Assembly: GCA_035565395.1 (NCBI GenBank)
Contig: DATMSK010000207.1
Coordinates: forward strand, 1-32,808
Reading direction: 5' to 3'
Length of the DNA stretch: 32,808 nucleotides
Origin: Methylophilus sp.
GTDB lineage: Bacteria > Pseudomonadota > Gammaproteobacteria > Burkholderiales > Methylophilaceae
Shown: positions 8,724 to 18,426 of the stretch, piece after piece
Layout: every line of letters begins with the position of its first letter
How positions within the stretch are numbered: position 1 is the first letter of the stretch
The notes under the pieces: model-generated
Databases searched by the model: none
Seen by the model: the letters and a program-made list of their open reading frames with translations, nothing else
Told to the model about the DNA's origin: nothing
Position numbers and translations under genes: made by a program

Positions 8724-9659
8724 ATGGACAACTCCCCACCTAGCGACAGCGACACCTACAAAACACTGCTCGAATCTACCAAGGCGATCCCGTGGAAGAT
8801 AGACTGGGCCAGCAAACAATTCACCTATATTGGCCCGCAAATTGAACCCTTGCTGGGCTGGGCACCTGAGAGCTGGCACTCCGTAGAAGACTGGGTGGCA
8901 CGTATCCATGAAGAAGACCGTGAACGCGTCTTTAACTTTTGCGTGCAGCAATCGCTACAGGGCCTGGATCATGAGGCAGACTACCGCGCGCTGGCAGCAG
9001 ATGGCAGTTATGTCTGGATTCGCGATGTGGTGCATGTCCTGCGGACACCCAATGGTGAGCCGGAAGCCCTGATCGGTTTCATGTTTGATATCAGTGAGCG
9101 CAAGAAAACCGAAGAACAATTATTGATGATGCAAAAACAGCTGGAAGAGTTTTCGTTCAAGGATGGACTGACCGGGGTTGCCAACCGCCGGATGTTCGAC
9201 ACCGTCCTTGAACGCGAATGGCTGGAGGCGAGGCAGCATCAGCAGCCACTGTCATTAATCATGATTGATATTGACTACTTCAAGCAATTCAATGACTTTT
9301 ATGGTCATTTGCAAGGTGACGAGGTGCTTAAACAGGTGGCCAAAACGCTATCGCATGCCGGGGTACGCGCCAAGGACTTCTTCGCGCGATTTGGCGGTGA
9401 AGAATTCGCGCTGATTTTACCCGAGACCAATGCGCTGTCTGCCAGCAAAATTGCCGAGCGCTGCCGCAACCTGGTGTTCAAGGAGCAGATTCCGCACGCA
9501 AAATCAGAGGTAAGTCAGATCCTGACCATCAGCGTGGGGGCTGGCAGCATCACACCCGGACCGGCCGATGACCTGAAGGCCTTTGTTGAATCGGTAGATG
9601 CACTCATGTACCAAGCCAAGCACGATGGCCGGAACCGCATTGTGGTAAAAAGTGCCTGA
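8724..9659 (+). CDS. PAS-domain diguanylate cyclase
   Basis: PAS_3-like N-terminus (IHEEDRE, DGSYVWIRD), DGLTGVANRR, IDIDYFKQFND, ARFGGEEF active site and RAKD I-site. Start is ATG 8724 or TTG 8715. Confidence 0.92.
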   Translation: MDNSPPSDSDTYKTLLESTKAIPWKIDWASKQFTYIGPQIEPLLGWAPESWHSVEDWVARIHEEDRERVFNFCVQQSLQGLDHEADYRALAADGSYVWIRDVVHVLRTPNGEPEALIGFMFDISERKKTEEQLLMMQKQLEEFSFKDGLTGVANRRMFDTVLEREWLEARQHQQPLSLIMIDIDYFKQFNDFYGHLQGDEVLKQVAKTLSHAGVRAKDFFARFGGEEFALILPETNALSASKIAERCRNLVFKEQIPHAKSEVSQILTISVGAGSITPGPADDLKAFVESVDALMYQAKHDGRNRIVVKSA

Positions 9660-9690
9660 CGCAGACACGTGAACAACTTAATGACTCACC

Positions 9691-10911
9691 TCAATGATGG
9701 AGGTGCAATGCAGACTGTATCGCTTGTATACGGGCTTCTGCGACCGATTGCTTGATATGTGCCGGGGAACTGCATGCCTGCGCAATAGCACCCGCATCAA
9801 CCGTCAGCGCTGCGTGCAAAGCCGCTGACAAATGTCTAGCATCGTCTAAAGCACAGTCTTCCAGGCCCAGGCGACCGCGGCTATCGCATTCGCATGCCAG
9901 TAAAAAATCCTCGAACCGCGTTCGCTGGCGGAACGCATCCAGCTCTTCCAGAAACTGCAGCAGGGTACTCGCCTTCATTTGCCGGGCAGCATGCAGTTTG
10001 CCATGGAGTTTGGCCACAACCAGCGCAAGGTCCTTGCAATCATTAGGTACCCGCAACCGCAAAACCACTTCGCGTATCAGATCCACACTGCGTAACTCGT
10101 GGCCGATATGGCGCGGCAACACCTCAGCAGGTGTCGTCCCCTTGCCCAAGTCGTGTGTCAGTGCGGCAAAGCGCACCGGCAAGCTATAGTTCTGCTTCGC
10201 TGCATAATCAATCACCATCATGACATGCACCCCGGTATCTACCTCAGGATGGTAAGTCGCCGTTTGTGGCACGCCCCACAAACGATCCAGTTCCGGCAAG
10301 ATCACCTGCAACGCCCCACAATCGCGTAGCATTTCAAACATGCGGCTGGGCTTCTTTTCCATCAGCCCTTTTGCAAGCTCCTGCCAGACACGTTCAGGCA
10401 CCAGTGCATCGACTTCACCGGCAGCCACCATATCGCGCATCAGGGTCAGGGTCTCAGGGGCAACGGTAAAATCAGTAAACCGCGCCAGGAAACGGCCTGC
10501 TCGCAATATGCGTACGGGATCCTCACTGAAGGCGTCCGTCACATGGCGTAGTATTTTTTTCTGGATATCCAGCTGCCCGTGAAAAGGATCAATCAAACTA
10601 CCATCTTCAGCCTGGGCAATCGCATTGATCGTGAAGTCCCGCCGCGCAAGATCTTCCTCGAGAGTCACTTCTGGAGCCGCATGGATGCTAAAGCCTTTAT
10701 AGCCTTTAGCGGTTTTGCGTTCGGTTCGGGCAAGCGCATGCTCTTGTTGTGTTTGTGGATGCAAAAAAACCGGGAAGTCCTTGCCTACCGGCCGGTAACC
10801 GGCCGCCAGCATCTGTTCTGGTGTCGCACCCACGACCACATAATCCCTGTCCTTGACCGGCAGGCCAAGCAGGCTATCGCGAACGGCACCGCCTACCTGA
10901 TAAATTTGCAT
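9691..10911 (-). CDS. cca: Multifunctional CCA tRNA nucleotidyltransferase with HD domain
   Basis: VGGAVRD, DRDYVV, DLARRDFTINA, EDPVRILR, HPEVDTG and THDLGKG motifs. Confidence 0.97.
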   Translation of the reverse strand: MQIYQVGGAVRDSLLGLPVKDRDYVVVGATPEQMLAAGYRPVGKDFPVFLHPQTQQEHALARTERKTAKGYKGFSIHAAPEVTLEEDLARRDFTINAIAQAEDGSLIDPFHGQLDIQKKILRHVTDAFSEDPVRILRAGRFLARFTDFTVAPETLTLMRDMVAAGEVDALVPERVWQELAKGLMEKKPSRMFEMLRDCGALQVILPELDRLWGVPQTATYHPEVDTGVHVMMVIDYAAKQNYSLPVRFAALTHDLGKGTTPAEVLPRHIGHELRSVDLIREVVLRLRVPNDCKDLALVVAKLHGKLHAARQMKASTLLQFLEELDAFRQRTRFEDFLLACECDSRGRLGLEDCALDDARHLSAALHAALTVDAGAIAQACSSPAHIKQSVAEARIQAIQSALHLHH

Positions 10912-10929
10912 GGTGAACCACAGCCAGCG

Positions 10930-11892
10930 TTAACGCCTGGCGTTAATGACTCGCCCTGCTGCGGCGCGGAAATGATCGTAAGCGCCACGGGGATTGTTTT
11001 TGACCAGATAGCCAGAGATCACCGCAAACATGTCAGTAGGCACCACACGCAATTCATTAGCCATGGGTTGCTGGCAAACATTATCCACTTGCATGGACTT
11101 CACGTTATCCCTGGAAATCAGCTTGATCGGCAGTAACTGCATAAAGCTACCTTGTAATAACGACATCTTCAGACTCAAACCAATGATTGGGCGTTGGACA
11201 TGGATGGTCTTCATCACTGCCTCAATAATCTGCTGCAAAGTCATGATCGCAGGGCCACCCAGTTCATAAGTCTGACCATAAGTCGCAGGCTCATCCACTG
11301 CATTCACCATGGCCGCGGCGACATCCTCTACCCAGATCGGCTGGAACTTGGCCTGAGGCATAGCCAGCGCCAGGACAGGAATCCATTGGATCAGTTTGGC
11401 AAACAGATTGATAAAACGGTCGCGCGTCCCAAAAATCACCGACGGCCTGAAAATCGTGACATTCAGTTTTTTGCTGAACTCCATGACCGCCTGGTCACCG
11501 GCAGCCTTGCTGCGCAGGTACTCGCTAGGGGCATTCACGGAAGCCTGCAATGCACTCATGTGCAACAGGCGCGGGATACGTAGCTCTTCGCAGAGCTGCG
11601 CAACGCGACGCGGGAACTGGTGATGCATTTGCTCAAAGCCGTTATCGCGCGTTTGATGAAGAATACCGATCAGGTTGATCACAACATCGCTGCCTTGCAG
11701 TTGCGCTTTCAAGGCAGCATGGTCATGTATATCACACTCGACCACTTGCACCTTGGGTAGCAAGATCAGGTGCTTGGCTTGCTCGCGTCTGCGGGTCAAC
11801 ACCTTTACCTGGTAGCCTGCCTGATCCAGCCTGGCAACCACACTACTCCCTACAAAACCGCTACCACCTAATACAGTCACTGTCTTCATCAT
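10930..11892 (-). CDS. NAD(P)-dependent atypical SDR, complex I NDUFA9-like
   Basis: VLGGSGFVG Rossmann motif, INLIGIL, YLRSK, RPSVIFG and QPIWVEDVA. Confidence 0.88.
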   Translation of the reverse strand: MMKTVTVLGGSGFVGSSVVARLDQAGYQVKVLTRRREQAKHLILLPKVQVVECDIHDHAALKAQLQGSDVVINLIGILHQTRDNGFEQMHHQFPRRVAQLCEELRIPRLLHMSALQASVNAPSEYLRSKAAGDQAVMEFSKKLNVTIFRPSVIFGTRDRFINLFAKLIQWIPVLALAMPQAKFQPIWVEDVAAAMVNAVDEPATYGQTYELGGPAIMTLQQIIEAVMKTIHVQRPIIGLSLKMSLLQGSFMQLLPIKLISRDNVKSMQVDNVCQQPMANELRVVPTDMFAVISGYLVKNNPRGAYDHFRAAAGRVINARR

Positions 11893-11924
11893 GCTTATTC
11901 CTGATACGTCTTGCGATTGGCCCT

Positions 11925-11933
11925 ATTGTACCA
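11925..11933 (-). promoter_or_regulatory. Extended -10 promoter candidate (TGGTACAAT) for the SDR-cca genes
   Basis: Minus strand reads TG-G-TACAAT, about 33 nt upstream of the ATG at 11892. Confidence 0.5.
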
Positions 11934-11948
11934 AAATACAGATAGAAG

Positions 11949-13928
11949 CTACTCCTGCTCCGAAATACTGATCGTCGTTGTCACAGATTCCACCTCAGCC
12001 GTCGTACGCGCGGGGATAGTCCCCAGCCGTCTTTTAAGTGTCAGCATGGGCAAGCCCAACCTGGGGGCATACATATGAGCATTCGCCAGCACTTTTTTGA
12101 CATAGTTGCGTGTTTCACTGAAGGGAATGGTTTCGGCGTAAATCGCGCCTTCGAGGGGCGTACTACCGGCCCAGCGTCTGGCGCGGCTCGGCCCGGCATT
12201 GTACGCCGCGGTTGCCATCACTTCCTGGCCGTTAAAAGTATCCAGCGTATAGCGCATATAGTAAGTGCCCAGGTTTACGTTGGTATCAATATCATGCAGC
12301 ATGCCATCATGGTAACCATTCAAACCGAGTTTTTTAGCAATCCATTTGGCCGTGGCAGGCATCACCTGCATCAAGCCACCAGCACCCACCGATGACTTGG
12401 CATAATGCATGAAACGGCTTTCCTGGCGGATGATGCCATAGACCCAGGCCTCATCAATGGCACGGTTACGCGAAGCCTTTTGTAAATAATCCCGATAAGG
12501 CGTGGGATAGCGCAATTCAAAATTGTGTGTACGGCTGGTTTTGTCTGCTGCCAGCACGGCTAAGTCATACCAGCCTTTGAGCAAGGCATATTGCGCCGCG
12601 ACAATCCGTGTAGGATCATCGAGCACTTCCAGCAAATACAGCCACTCCAACCTGGCCTCATAGCGTGCTTCAACATCAAACAGCACTTCCATACGCTTGA
12701 CCACCGGCTGCCTGGCAAACTGGCGCACTTCTTCATCGGTTGGCTGGTAAGTGGCCATGGGTTCACCTGCTACCGGCCCCAAGTCTTCCGCCGCCAGCCA
12801 GCCATAAAAATGCCGTTCTTGTGACAATTTGGCCAAGATCTGATTAGCATCTGCGATCTGCCCCTTGGCAATCAGCGCACGTGCTTTCCAGTATCGCCAG
12901 GCAGACTCATCACTGAGTGCAGCAGGCATCTCATTAATCACTTTCAGCAGCCGTTCCCAGTCCTGCTGGCGAAGGGCACTCCGGGCATACCACTCCCACT
13001 GTTCACTACTGAGAATCACTGCGTTGACCTTGCTGAACCCCTGCAAGGCATCTGACTCGTGTTTGCGTGCCGCTTCTAGCGCAATATAGGCCTGTGCCAG
13101 TTGTTTTTCTTCGTTATCCAGAAAACCACTATATTTCTGGTAACTGGCCCTGGCTACGCTGGTATCTGCTTTGGCCTGACGGTGGATCGCATAGAGGTAA
13201 AGCGCCCGCTGATAAGCTGAACGCTGCTGGATATTGCCCTTTTTCAGGGCCAGCGCCGGATTCTGTGCCATGTCATCAATTTGCTTGAATAGGCCAGCAT
13301 CGGTTTTACTGCTGCGCTTGGCAAGCACTTTGGCCAAGCCCGTTTTATTGCTGAACAAGGCATCGCGGTACAAGGTGAGCAACAGCTTTTCATCGAGCAC
13401 ACCAACCTGCTGCAAAGCCTCCATCATGCCCTGGCAATCTGCTGGTAAATCCTTGCCAGTCAGCAGTAATTTTTTGCCATCCTCATAAGCATTCGGGTCA
13501 TCCAGTGCAATACCGGCCTGTACCTGGTAGCATTGGTTACCCAGATCATTGAAACTGTAATACATCGGGATTTGCGCCCGCATTTCCACAAACTGGTCCC
13601 AAAACTGCACCCGCCCCAGGCGCTTCAGCCACAACTCGCGCACACGTTGCGATAGCAGGGATTCGTTGTTCTCCTGTAAAAAGGCCTGCACTTGGTCATA
13701 AGACAGCTGATCCAGGGTCAGGATCATTTGCCAGTATTGCAGATAAGGTAATAGCGGGGAACGGCGCTGCTTTAGAGTTTCGGTGGCTTCAATTAACTGG
13801 GGCAGGTTCCTCGCCTGGTAGGCCTGTTTTGCCTGCAAATAGACTTCGCCATCCCCAGCAAACACTGACTTGGTCATCGCCAGTAAGCAGGCAGCAAAAA
13901 TGAGGAGGGAAGTGAGTCTAGTCTTCAT
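11949..13928 (-). CDS. slt: Soluble lytic murein transglycosylase (Slt70-like)
   Basis: Signal peptide, superhelical domain, and catalytic IRQESRF, GLMQVMP, AYNAGP and ETRNYV motifs. Confidence 0.93.
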   Translation of the reverse strand: MKTRLTSLLIFAACLLAMTKSVFAGDGEVYLQAKQAYQARNLPQLIEATETLKQRRSPLLPYLQYWQMILTLDQLSYDQVQAFLQENNESLLSQRVRELWLKRLGRVQFWDQFVEMRAQIPMYYSFNDLGNQCYQVQAGIALDDPNAYEDGKKLLLTGKDLPADCQGMMEALQQVGVLDEKLLLTLYRDALFSNKTGLAKVLAKRSSKTDAGLFKQIDDMAQNPALALKKGNIQQRSAYQRALYLYAIHRQAKADTSVARASYQKYSGFLDNEEKQLAQAYIALEAARKHESDALQGFSKVNAVILSSEQWEWYARSALRQQDWERLLKVINEMPAALSDESAWRYWKARALIAKGQIADANQILAKLSQERHFYGWLAAEDLGPVAGEPMATYQPTDEEVRQFARQPVVKRMEVLFDVEARYEARLEWLYLLEVLDDPTRIVAAQYALLKGWYDLAVLAADKTSRTHNFELRYPTPYRDYLQKASRNRAIDEAWVYGIIRQESRFMHYAKSSVGAGGLMQVMPATAKWIAKKLGLNGYHDGMLHDIDTNVNLGTYYMRYTLDTFNGQEVMATAAYNAGPSRARRWAGSTPLEGAIYAETIPFSETRNYVKKVLANAHMYAPRLGLPMLTLKRRLGTIPARTTAEVESVTTTISISEQE

Positions 13929-13961
13929 GCGTCAACAATCACGTGCATCACGTGAGGACAA

Positions 13962-14144
13962 TCAAATTCTGGCCAATCGACTCAGAAAGAAAAACAGTAA
14001 CAGTAGCAGGATGACGATAAAACCACCGCGCCATACGCTTTTTAACCAGCGCCAGTAACGGGCTTGGCCCGTTTGCCATCCCAGCAACACCAATACCAGC
14101 GTACTGACCACCAGCACTGTAAATAAAATACGTATCCACCACAT
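13962..14144 (-). CDS. Small two-TM basic membrane protein, unknown function
   Basis: 60 aa with ATG start; fills the lpxC-slt gap co-directionally; two hydrophobic helices with an Arg/Trp-rich loop. Confidence 0.7.
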   Translation of the reverse strand: MWWIRILFTVLVVSTLVLVLLGWQTGQARYWRWLKSVWRGGFIVILLLLLFFFLSRLARI

Positions 14145-14164
14145 AATGTGTACGGCTTATCCTA

Positions 14165-15100
14165 TCAGGCCGGTAACAAAGGGGCCGGACTAAAATAGTC
14201 ACGCTGTTTAATGAAACCTACCGGGGCATGTGCATCATTATCAAAGGTGCAGTATTCCCAAGCGGTATCATCTGCCAGCAGTGCGCGTAATAACTGATTA
14301 TTCAGGGCATGGCCTGACTTGAAGGCTGTAAACTGGCCAATAATCGGGTACCCTAGGATATACAGGTCGCCAATCGCATCCAACACCTTGTGCTTGGCAA
14401 ACTCGTCGTCATAACGCAAGCCACCACCGTTCAATACCTTGTATTCATCCAGTACGATCGCGTTGTCCAGGCTACCACCTTTGGCTAACCCGTTGGCCCG
14501 CAGGTATTCCACCTCGTGCATGAAACCAAACGTGCGCGCACGGCTGATTTCATCAACATAGCTCTGGCTATCGTAATCAATGGTCACGGTTTTACCGGAA
14601 AACTCGAACACGGGATGTGCAAAATCAATGGTGAATTCAGCTTTAAAGCCATGATGTGGTGTAAATTTTGCCCATTTATCACCCTCTTGCACTTCTATCG
14701 GCTTGAGGATACGCACAAATTTCTTGGCAGCATCCAACTCTTGCAGACCAGCTGTCTGCAGCAAATAGATAAACGGCCCCGAACTGCCATCCATGATGGG
14801 CACTTCGGCAGCCGTCAGCTCTATCAGCACATTGTCTACCCCCAAACCAGCGAGGGCAGACATCAAGTGCTCCACGGTAGCCACGCGCGCACCTGAAAAC
14901 TCTAGGGCGGAGCTCAGGCGAGTGTCGTTCACTGCTGTCGGGGCGACCCGCATGGCAGGCGTATCGGGCAAATCGATGCGCTGGAACACCACTCCGTGAT
15001 CAGCGGGCGCAGGTTTGAGCGTCAGCGTGACTTTCTCACCGCTGTGTAGCCCAACGCCAGTGGCGCTGATCGGTTGTTTAAGCGTGCGTTGCTTTAACAT
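14165..15100 (-). CDS. lpxC: UDP-3-O-acyl-N-acetylglucosamine deacetylase
   Basis: [36 protein letters not shown] and [10 protein letters not shown]. Confidence 0.98.
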   Translation of the reverse strand: MLKQRTLKQPISATGVGLHSGEKVTLTLKPAPADHGVVFQRIDLPDTPAMRVAPTAVNDTRLSSALEFSGARVATVEHLMSALAGLGVDNVLIELTAAEVPIMDGSSGPFIYLLQTAGLQELDAAKKFVRILKPIEVQEGDKWAKFTPHHGFKAEFTIDFAHPVFEFSGKTVTIDYDSQSYVDEISRARTFGFMHEVEYLRANGLAKGGSLDNAIVLDEYKVLNGGGLRYDDEFAKHKVLDAIGDLYILGYPIIGQFTAFKSGHALNNQLLRALLADDTAWEYCTFDNDAHAPVGFIKQRDYFSPAPLLPA

Positions 15101-15118
15101 GGTTTTCTCTGTATTAAC

Positions 15119-15144
15119 TGATTGGCTCCATTATAAGCCAATCA
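15119..15144 (-). promoter_or_regulatory. lpxC -10 box (TATAAT) inside a 9-8-9 inverted repeat
   Basis: TGATTGGCT-CCATTATA-AGCCAATCA; minus-strand TATAAT at 15130-15135. Confidence 0.5.
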
Positions 15145-15163
15145 CTATCATTACTAATCATTC

Positions 15164-15183
15164 ACAGGCCCATCAAGGCCTGT
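15164..15183 (-). terminator. Stem-loop immediately after the ftsZ stop
   Basis: ACAGGCC-CATCAA-GGCCTGT with no U-tract, so possibly a stabilising or pause hairpin rather than a terminator. Confidence 0.4.
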
Positions 15184-15186
15184 CAA

Positions 15187-16347
15187 TTAATCAGCCTGTT
15201 TACGCAAAAATGCCGGGATATCGTACTCTTCGATCCCGGAGTTTTTCATCGCTTCAACTTGTGCACGACGGCTGTTGCTGGTAAACACGGCAGGCTCATC
15301 TTCTTCTACGGCGCTGAAGATAGGCTGGTTGGTTGTACCATCACGCAGCGTAGTCATGACCTTGAGCTCCGGCTTGGCCTGGCGTTTACCCAGTGAACCG
15401 TTCAAACCGGTGGCCACCATGGTCACACGCAGGTTGTCACCCATGCTTTCATCCATCACATTACCTACGATCACTGTTGCATCTTCTGCAGTGAACTCTT
15501 TGATGGTGTTCATCACATCATAGTATTCACGCATTTTGAAGCTGCCGCTGGCGCTAATATTAACCAGCACACCGCGTGCGTTTGCCAGGTTCACGTCTTC
15601 CAGCAATGGGCTGGCAACGGCCTGTTCTGCAGCGATACGTGCACGGTTAGGGCCGCTGGCTTCTGCGGAACCCATCATTGCCATGCCCATTTCGGACATC
15701 ACAGTACGTACGTCAGCAAAGTCGACGTTGACCAGACCTGGGCAATTGATGATTTCAGCAATACCGGACACGGCGTTATGCAACACGTCATTTGCAGCAC
15801 GATAGGCCTCAACCACAGTCACGTCTTCACCCAATACGTCCATCAACTTTTCGTTAGGGATAACGATAAGAGAGTCTACGTATTGTGAAAGTTCTTCCAG
15901 ACCTTCCTGTGCCACTTTGGCGCGCTTGCCTTCGAATGCGAATGGCTTGGTCACCACAGCCACCGTCAGGATACCCATTTCACGCGCCACTTCAGCGATG
16001 ATCGGTGCTGCACCGGTACCAGTACCGCCACCCATACCTGCTGTAATAAACAGCATGTCAGCGCCATCAATGGTTTCTGCAATGCTGTCGCGGTCTTCCA
16101 AGGCTGCTTCGCGGCCGATTTCCGGCTTGGCACCCGCGCCCAGGCCTTTAGTGATGTCAGAACCAATTTGCAGTACAACCTTGGCATGGCTCTTCTTCAG
16201 TGCCTGCATGTCAGTGTTGGCGCAAATAAACTCTACGCCAGTCACGCTCTTGGTCATCATGTGCTCAACCGCGTTACCACCGCAACCACCGACACCAATT
16301 ACCTTGATTACGGCGCCGTCATTCTCTTTGTCAAAAATCTCAATCAT
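15187..16347 (-). CDS. ftsZ: Cell division protein FtsZ
   Basis: IKVIGVGGCGGNA, GGGTGTG tubulin signature, NVDFADV and C-terminal DIPAFLRKQAD. Confidence 0.99.
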   Translation of the reverse strand: MIEIFDKENDGAVIKVIGVGGCGGNAVEHMMTKSVTGVEFICANTDMQALKKSHAKVVLQIGSDITKGLGAGAKPEIGREAALEDRDSIAETIDGADMLFITAGMGGGTGTGAAPIIAEVAREMGILTVAVVTKPFAFEGKRAKVAQEGLEELSQYVDSLIVIPNEKLMDVLGEDVTVVEAYRAANDVLHNAVSGIAEIINCPGLVNVDFADVRTVMSEMGMAMMGSAEASGPNRARIAAEQAVASPLLEDVNLANARGVLVNISASGSFKMREYYDVMNTIKEFTAEDATVIVGNVMDESMGDNLRVTMVATGLNGSLGKRQAKPELKVMTTLRDGTTNQPIFSAVEEDEPAVFTSNSRRAQVEAMKNSGIEEYDIPAFLRKQAD

Positions 16348-16429
16348 ACTAACCCTCCATTGCCTATTATTTGAGTGATTGGTTTGCCCCGCACACTCGC
16401 CCTAAAACACATTAAAAAAACGACTCAAA

Positions 16430-17668
16430 CTAAAAATTACCTGTAAACCAGCTTTTCATCCGTTCCAGCAACCTGCCTACTGACCCAGATTGCAAGTTAC
16501 CCACCATTTGTTTTTCTACCTGCTGCTTGGCCATCAGCAACAAGCCTATGCCGGTGGCATAACGCGGATTACCCACCACTTCGGATAACCCTTCCACGCC
16601 CCTGGGTACACCCAGGCGGACCGGGGTGTGGAAAATCTCTTCACCCAACTCAACCATGCCGCGCATCTGCGCCGCACCGCCGGTAATCACAATGCCGGAG
16701 GCGATCATGGACTCCATGCCACTGCGGCGCAGCTCTTGCTGCACAAACTCGTAAATTTCCTCGACGCGGTCTTCAATCACCTCAGTCAGGGCCTGGCATG
16801 ACAACTGACGTGGCTCGCGGCCATCCACAGCAGGCACTTCCACCACTTCACGTGGGTCGGCCAGCTGGCGCAGCGCACAACCATGCTTAACCTTAATTTC
16901 CTCTGCCGACTGCGTTGGCGTACGCAAAGCCACCGCGATATCGTTGGTAATCTGGTCACCCGCAATCGGGATCACAGCGGTATGGCGAATGGCACCATTC
17001 TTGAACACCGCCAGGTCAGTCGTACCGCCACCGATGTCTACCAGACAAACACCCAGCTCTTTTTCATCATCGGTGAGCACAGACTCACTCGAAGCCAAGG
17101 GTTGCAAAATGAGGTCACTCACTTCGAGACCGCAACGCTTGATGCACTTGACGATGTTCTGTGCTGCAGCAATCGCACCTGTGACGATGTGCACGCGCAC
17201 TTCCAGGCGGATACCGCTCATACCGAGTGGCTCGCGTACATCTTCCTGGCCATCAATAATGAATTCCTGAGTCAGGATATGCAGTATCTGCTGGTCGGCC
17301 GGCAAAGCAATCGCACGAGCCGTTTCCACCACGCGATCGATGTCCATCTGTGAGACTTCGCTCTCCTTGATCTTCACCATGCCATGCGAGTTGAGGCTCT
17401 TAATGTGACTACCAGCAATGCCTGAATACACAGTGTTGATCTTGCAGTCCGCCATCAGCTCGACCTCTTCAATCGCGCGCTGGATGGCCTGCATGGTGGA
17501 ATCAATATTGACCACCACGCCTTTTTTCAAGCCACGGGAAGCGTGTTGCCCGACACCAATCACCTTCAATGTGCCTTCCGGCAAAATTTCTGCCGCAATC
17601 GCCACAATTTTGGAGGTGCCAATATCCAGCCCCACGATCAAATTTTTATCTTCTCTGACTCTACTCAT
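16430..17668 (-). CDS. ftsA: Cell division protein FtsA
   Basis: GLDIGTSK, VDIGGGTTD, and a C-terminal amphipathic helix ending WFTGNF. Confidence 0.98.
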   Translation of the reverse strand: MSRVREDKNLIVGLDIGTSKIVAIAAEILPEGTLKVIGVGQHASRGLKKGVVVNIDSTMQAIQRAIEEVELMADCKINTVYSGIAGSHIKSLNSHGMVKIKESEVSQMDIDRVVETARAIALPADQQILHILTQEFIIDGQEDVREPLGMSGIRLEVRVHIVTGAIAAAQNIVKCIKRCGLEVSDLILQPLASSESVLTDDEKELGVCLVDIGGGTTDLAVFKNGAIRHTAVIPIAGDQITNDIAVALRTPTQSAEEIKVKHGCALRQLADPREVVEVPAVDGREPRQLSCQALTEVIEDRVEEIYEFVQQELRRSGMESMIASGIVITGGAAQMRGMVELGEEIFHTPVRLGVPRGVEGLSEVVGNPRYATGIGLLLMAKQQVEKQMVGNLQSGSVGRLLERMKSWFTGNF

Positions 17669-17705
17669 GTCTTTTCCTTGACCTTCTTTCTGGCAGTCTT
17701 ATTCT

Positions 17706-18410
17706 TTAAGCACCCGGGCGTGGCATACGCAGTGCAAAGCCATTCGGGTAGCGCAAATCGGCATAACGCCAGTCACTCTCTGCAATATTTGCCTGCTGGC
17801 GGTATGCCAGCACAAACTGTTGCAATCTTTGTTTTGCCGCTTCACGTCCCAGCATCATCTGGCGGCCATCTGCGGTTCTAATCTCCCAGGCGCGGCGTGA
17901 AGACAAGCTCAGTTGCTGAATTTCCAGCGGCGTCTCTGTCAGCATCTGCGCAAAACTGGCATAGCCTTGCGCCACTTCCTTCACCGCATCCCCGGGGCCA
18001 TAAAAGGTTGGCAATTGCTCATCAGAAGCGGCCTGGAACAACTCACCATGCTTGTTGACCAGTGCCACTCCTCCCCAGCGCCCCAGCGCCTGATGCTCTT
18101 CAATTTGCACCACAATCGTGTCTGGCCACTGGCGGCGTACAGTAACTTTGCGCGCCCAGGGCAGCTTCTCAAACGCGATGCGGGTACGTTGCAAGTCCAG
18201 CGTATAAAAATTGCCTTTCAGGTACTTGCTGACAATCAACTGGATCTGCTCATGATTGACATGATCCAGATTGCCTTCCACCTGCACCTGTTTCACTGGA
18301 AAAATCGGCAGGTGTATGACCACAAACAAAGCGGCGTACAGCAGCATCACCACTGCCAGTGAAAACAGCAGGTTGGCAATCCAGTTCAGCAATGTTGGCC
18401 TATCCCACAT
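17706..18410 (-). CDS. ftsQ: Cell division protein FtsQ
   Basis: N-terminal TM, POTRA domain (LPWARKVTVRRQWPD) and DLRYPNGFA. Confidence 0.95.
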   Translation of the reverse strand: MWDRPTLLNWIANLLFSLAVVMLLYAALFVVIHLPIFPVKQVQVEGNLDHVNHEQIQLIVSKYLKGNFYTLDLQRTRIAFEKLPWARKVTVRRQWPDTIVVQIEEHQALGRWGGVALVNKHGELFQAASDEQLPTFYGPGDAVKEVAQGYASFAQMLTETPLEIQQLSLSSRRAWEIRTADGRQMMLGREAAKQRLQQFVLAYRQQANIAESDWRYADLRYPNGFALRMPRPGA

Positions 18411-18426
18411 GCCCGCAGTTATCCTC

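Noticed and set aside
15181-15186. Perfect TTGACA on the minus strand after ftsZ
   Set aside because: No -10 box at 16-18 bp; the TATAAT is 45 bp away.
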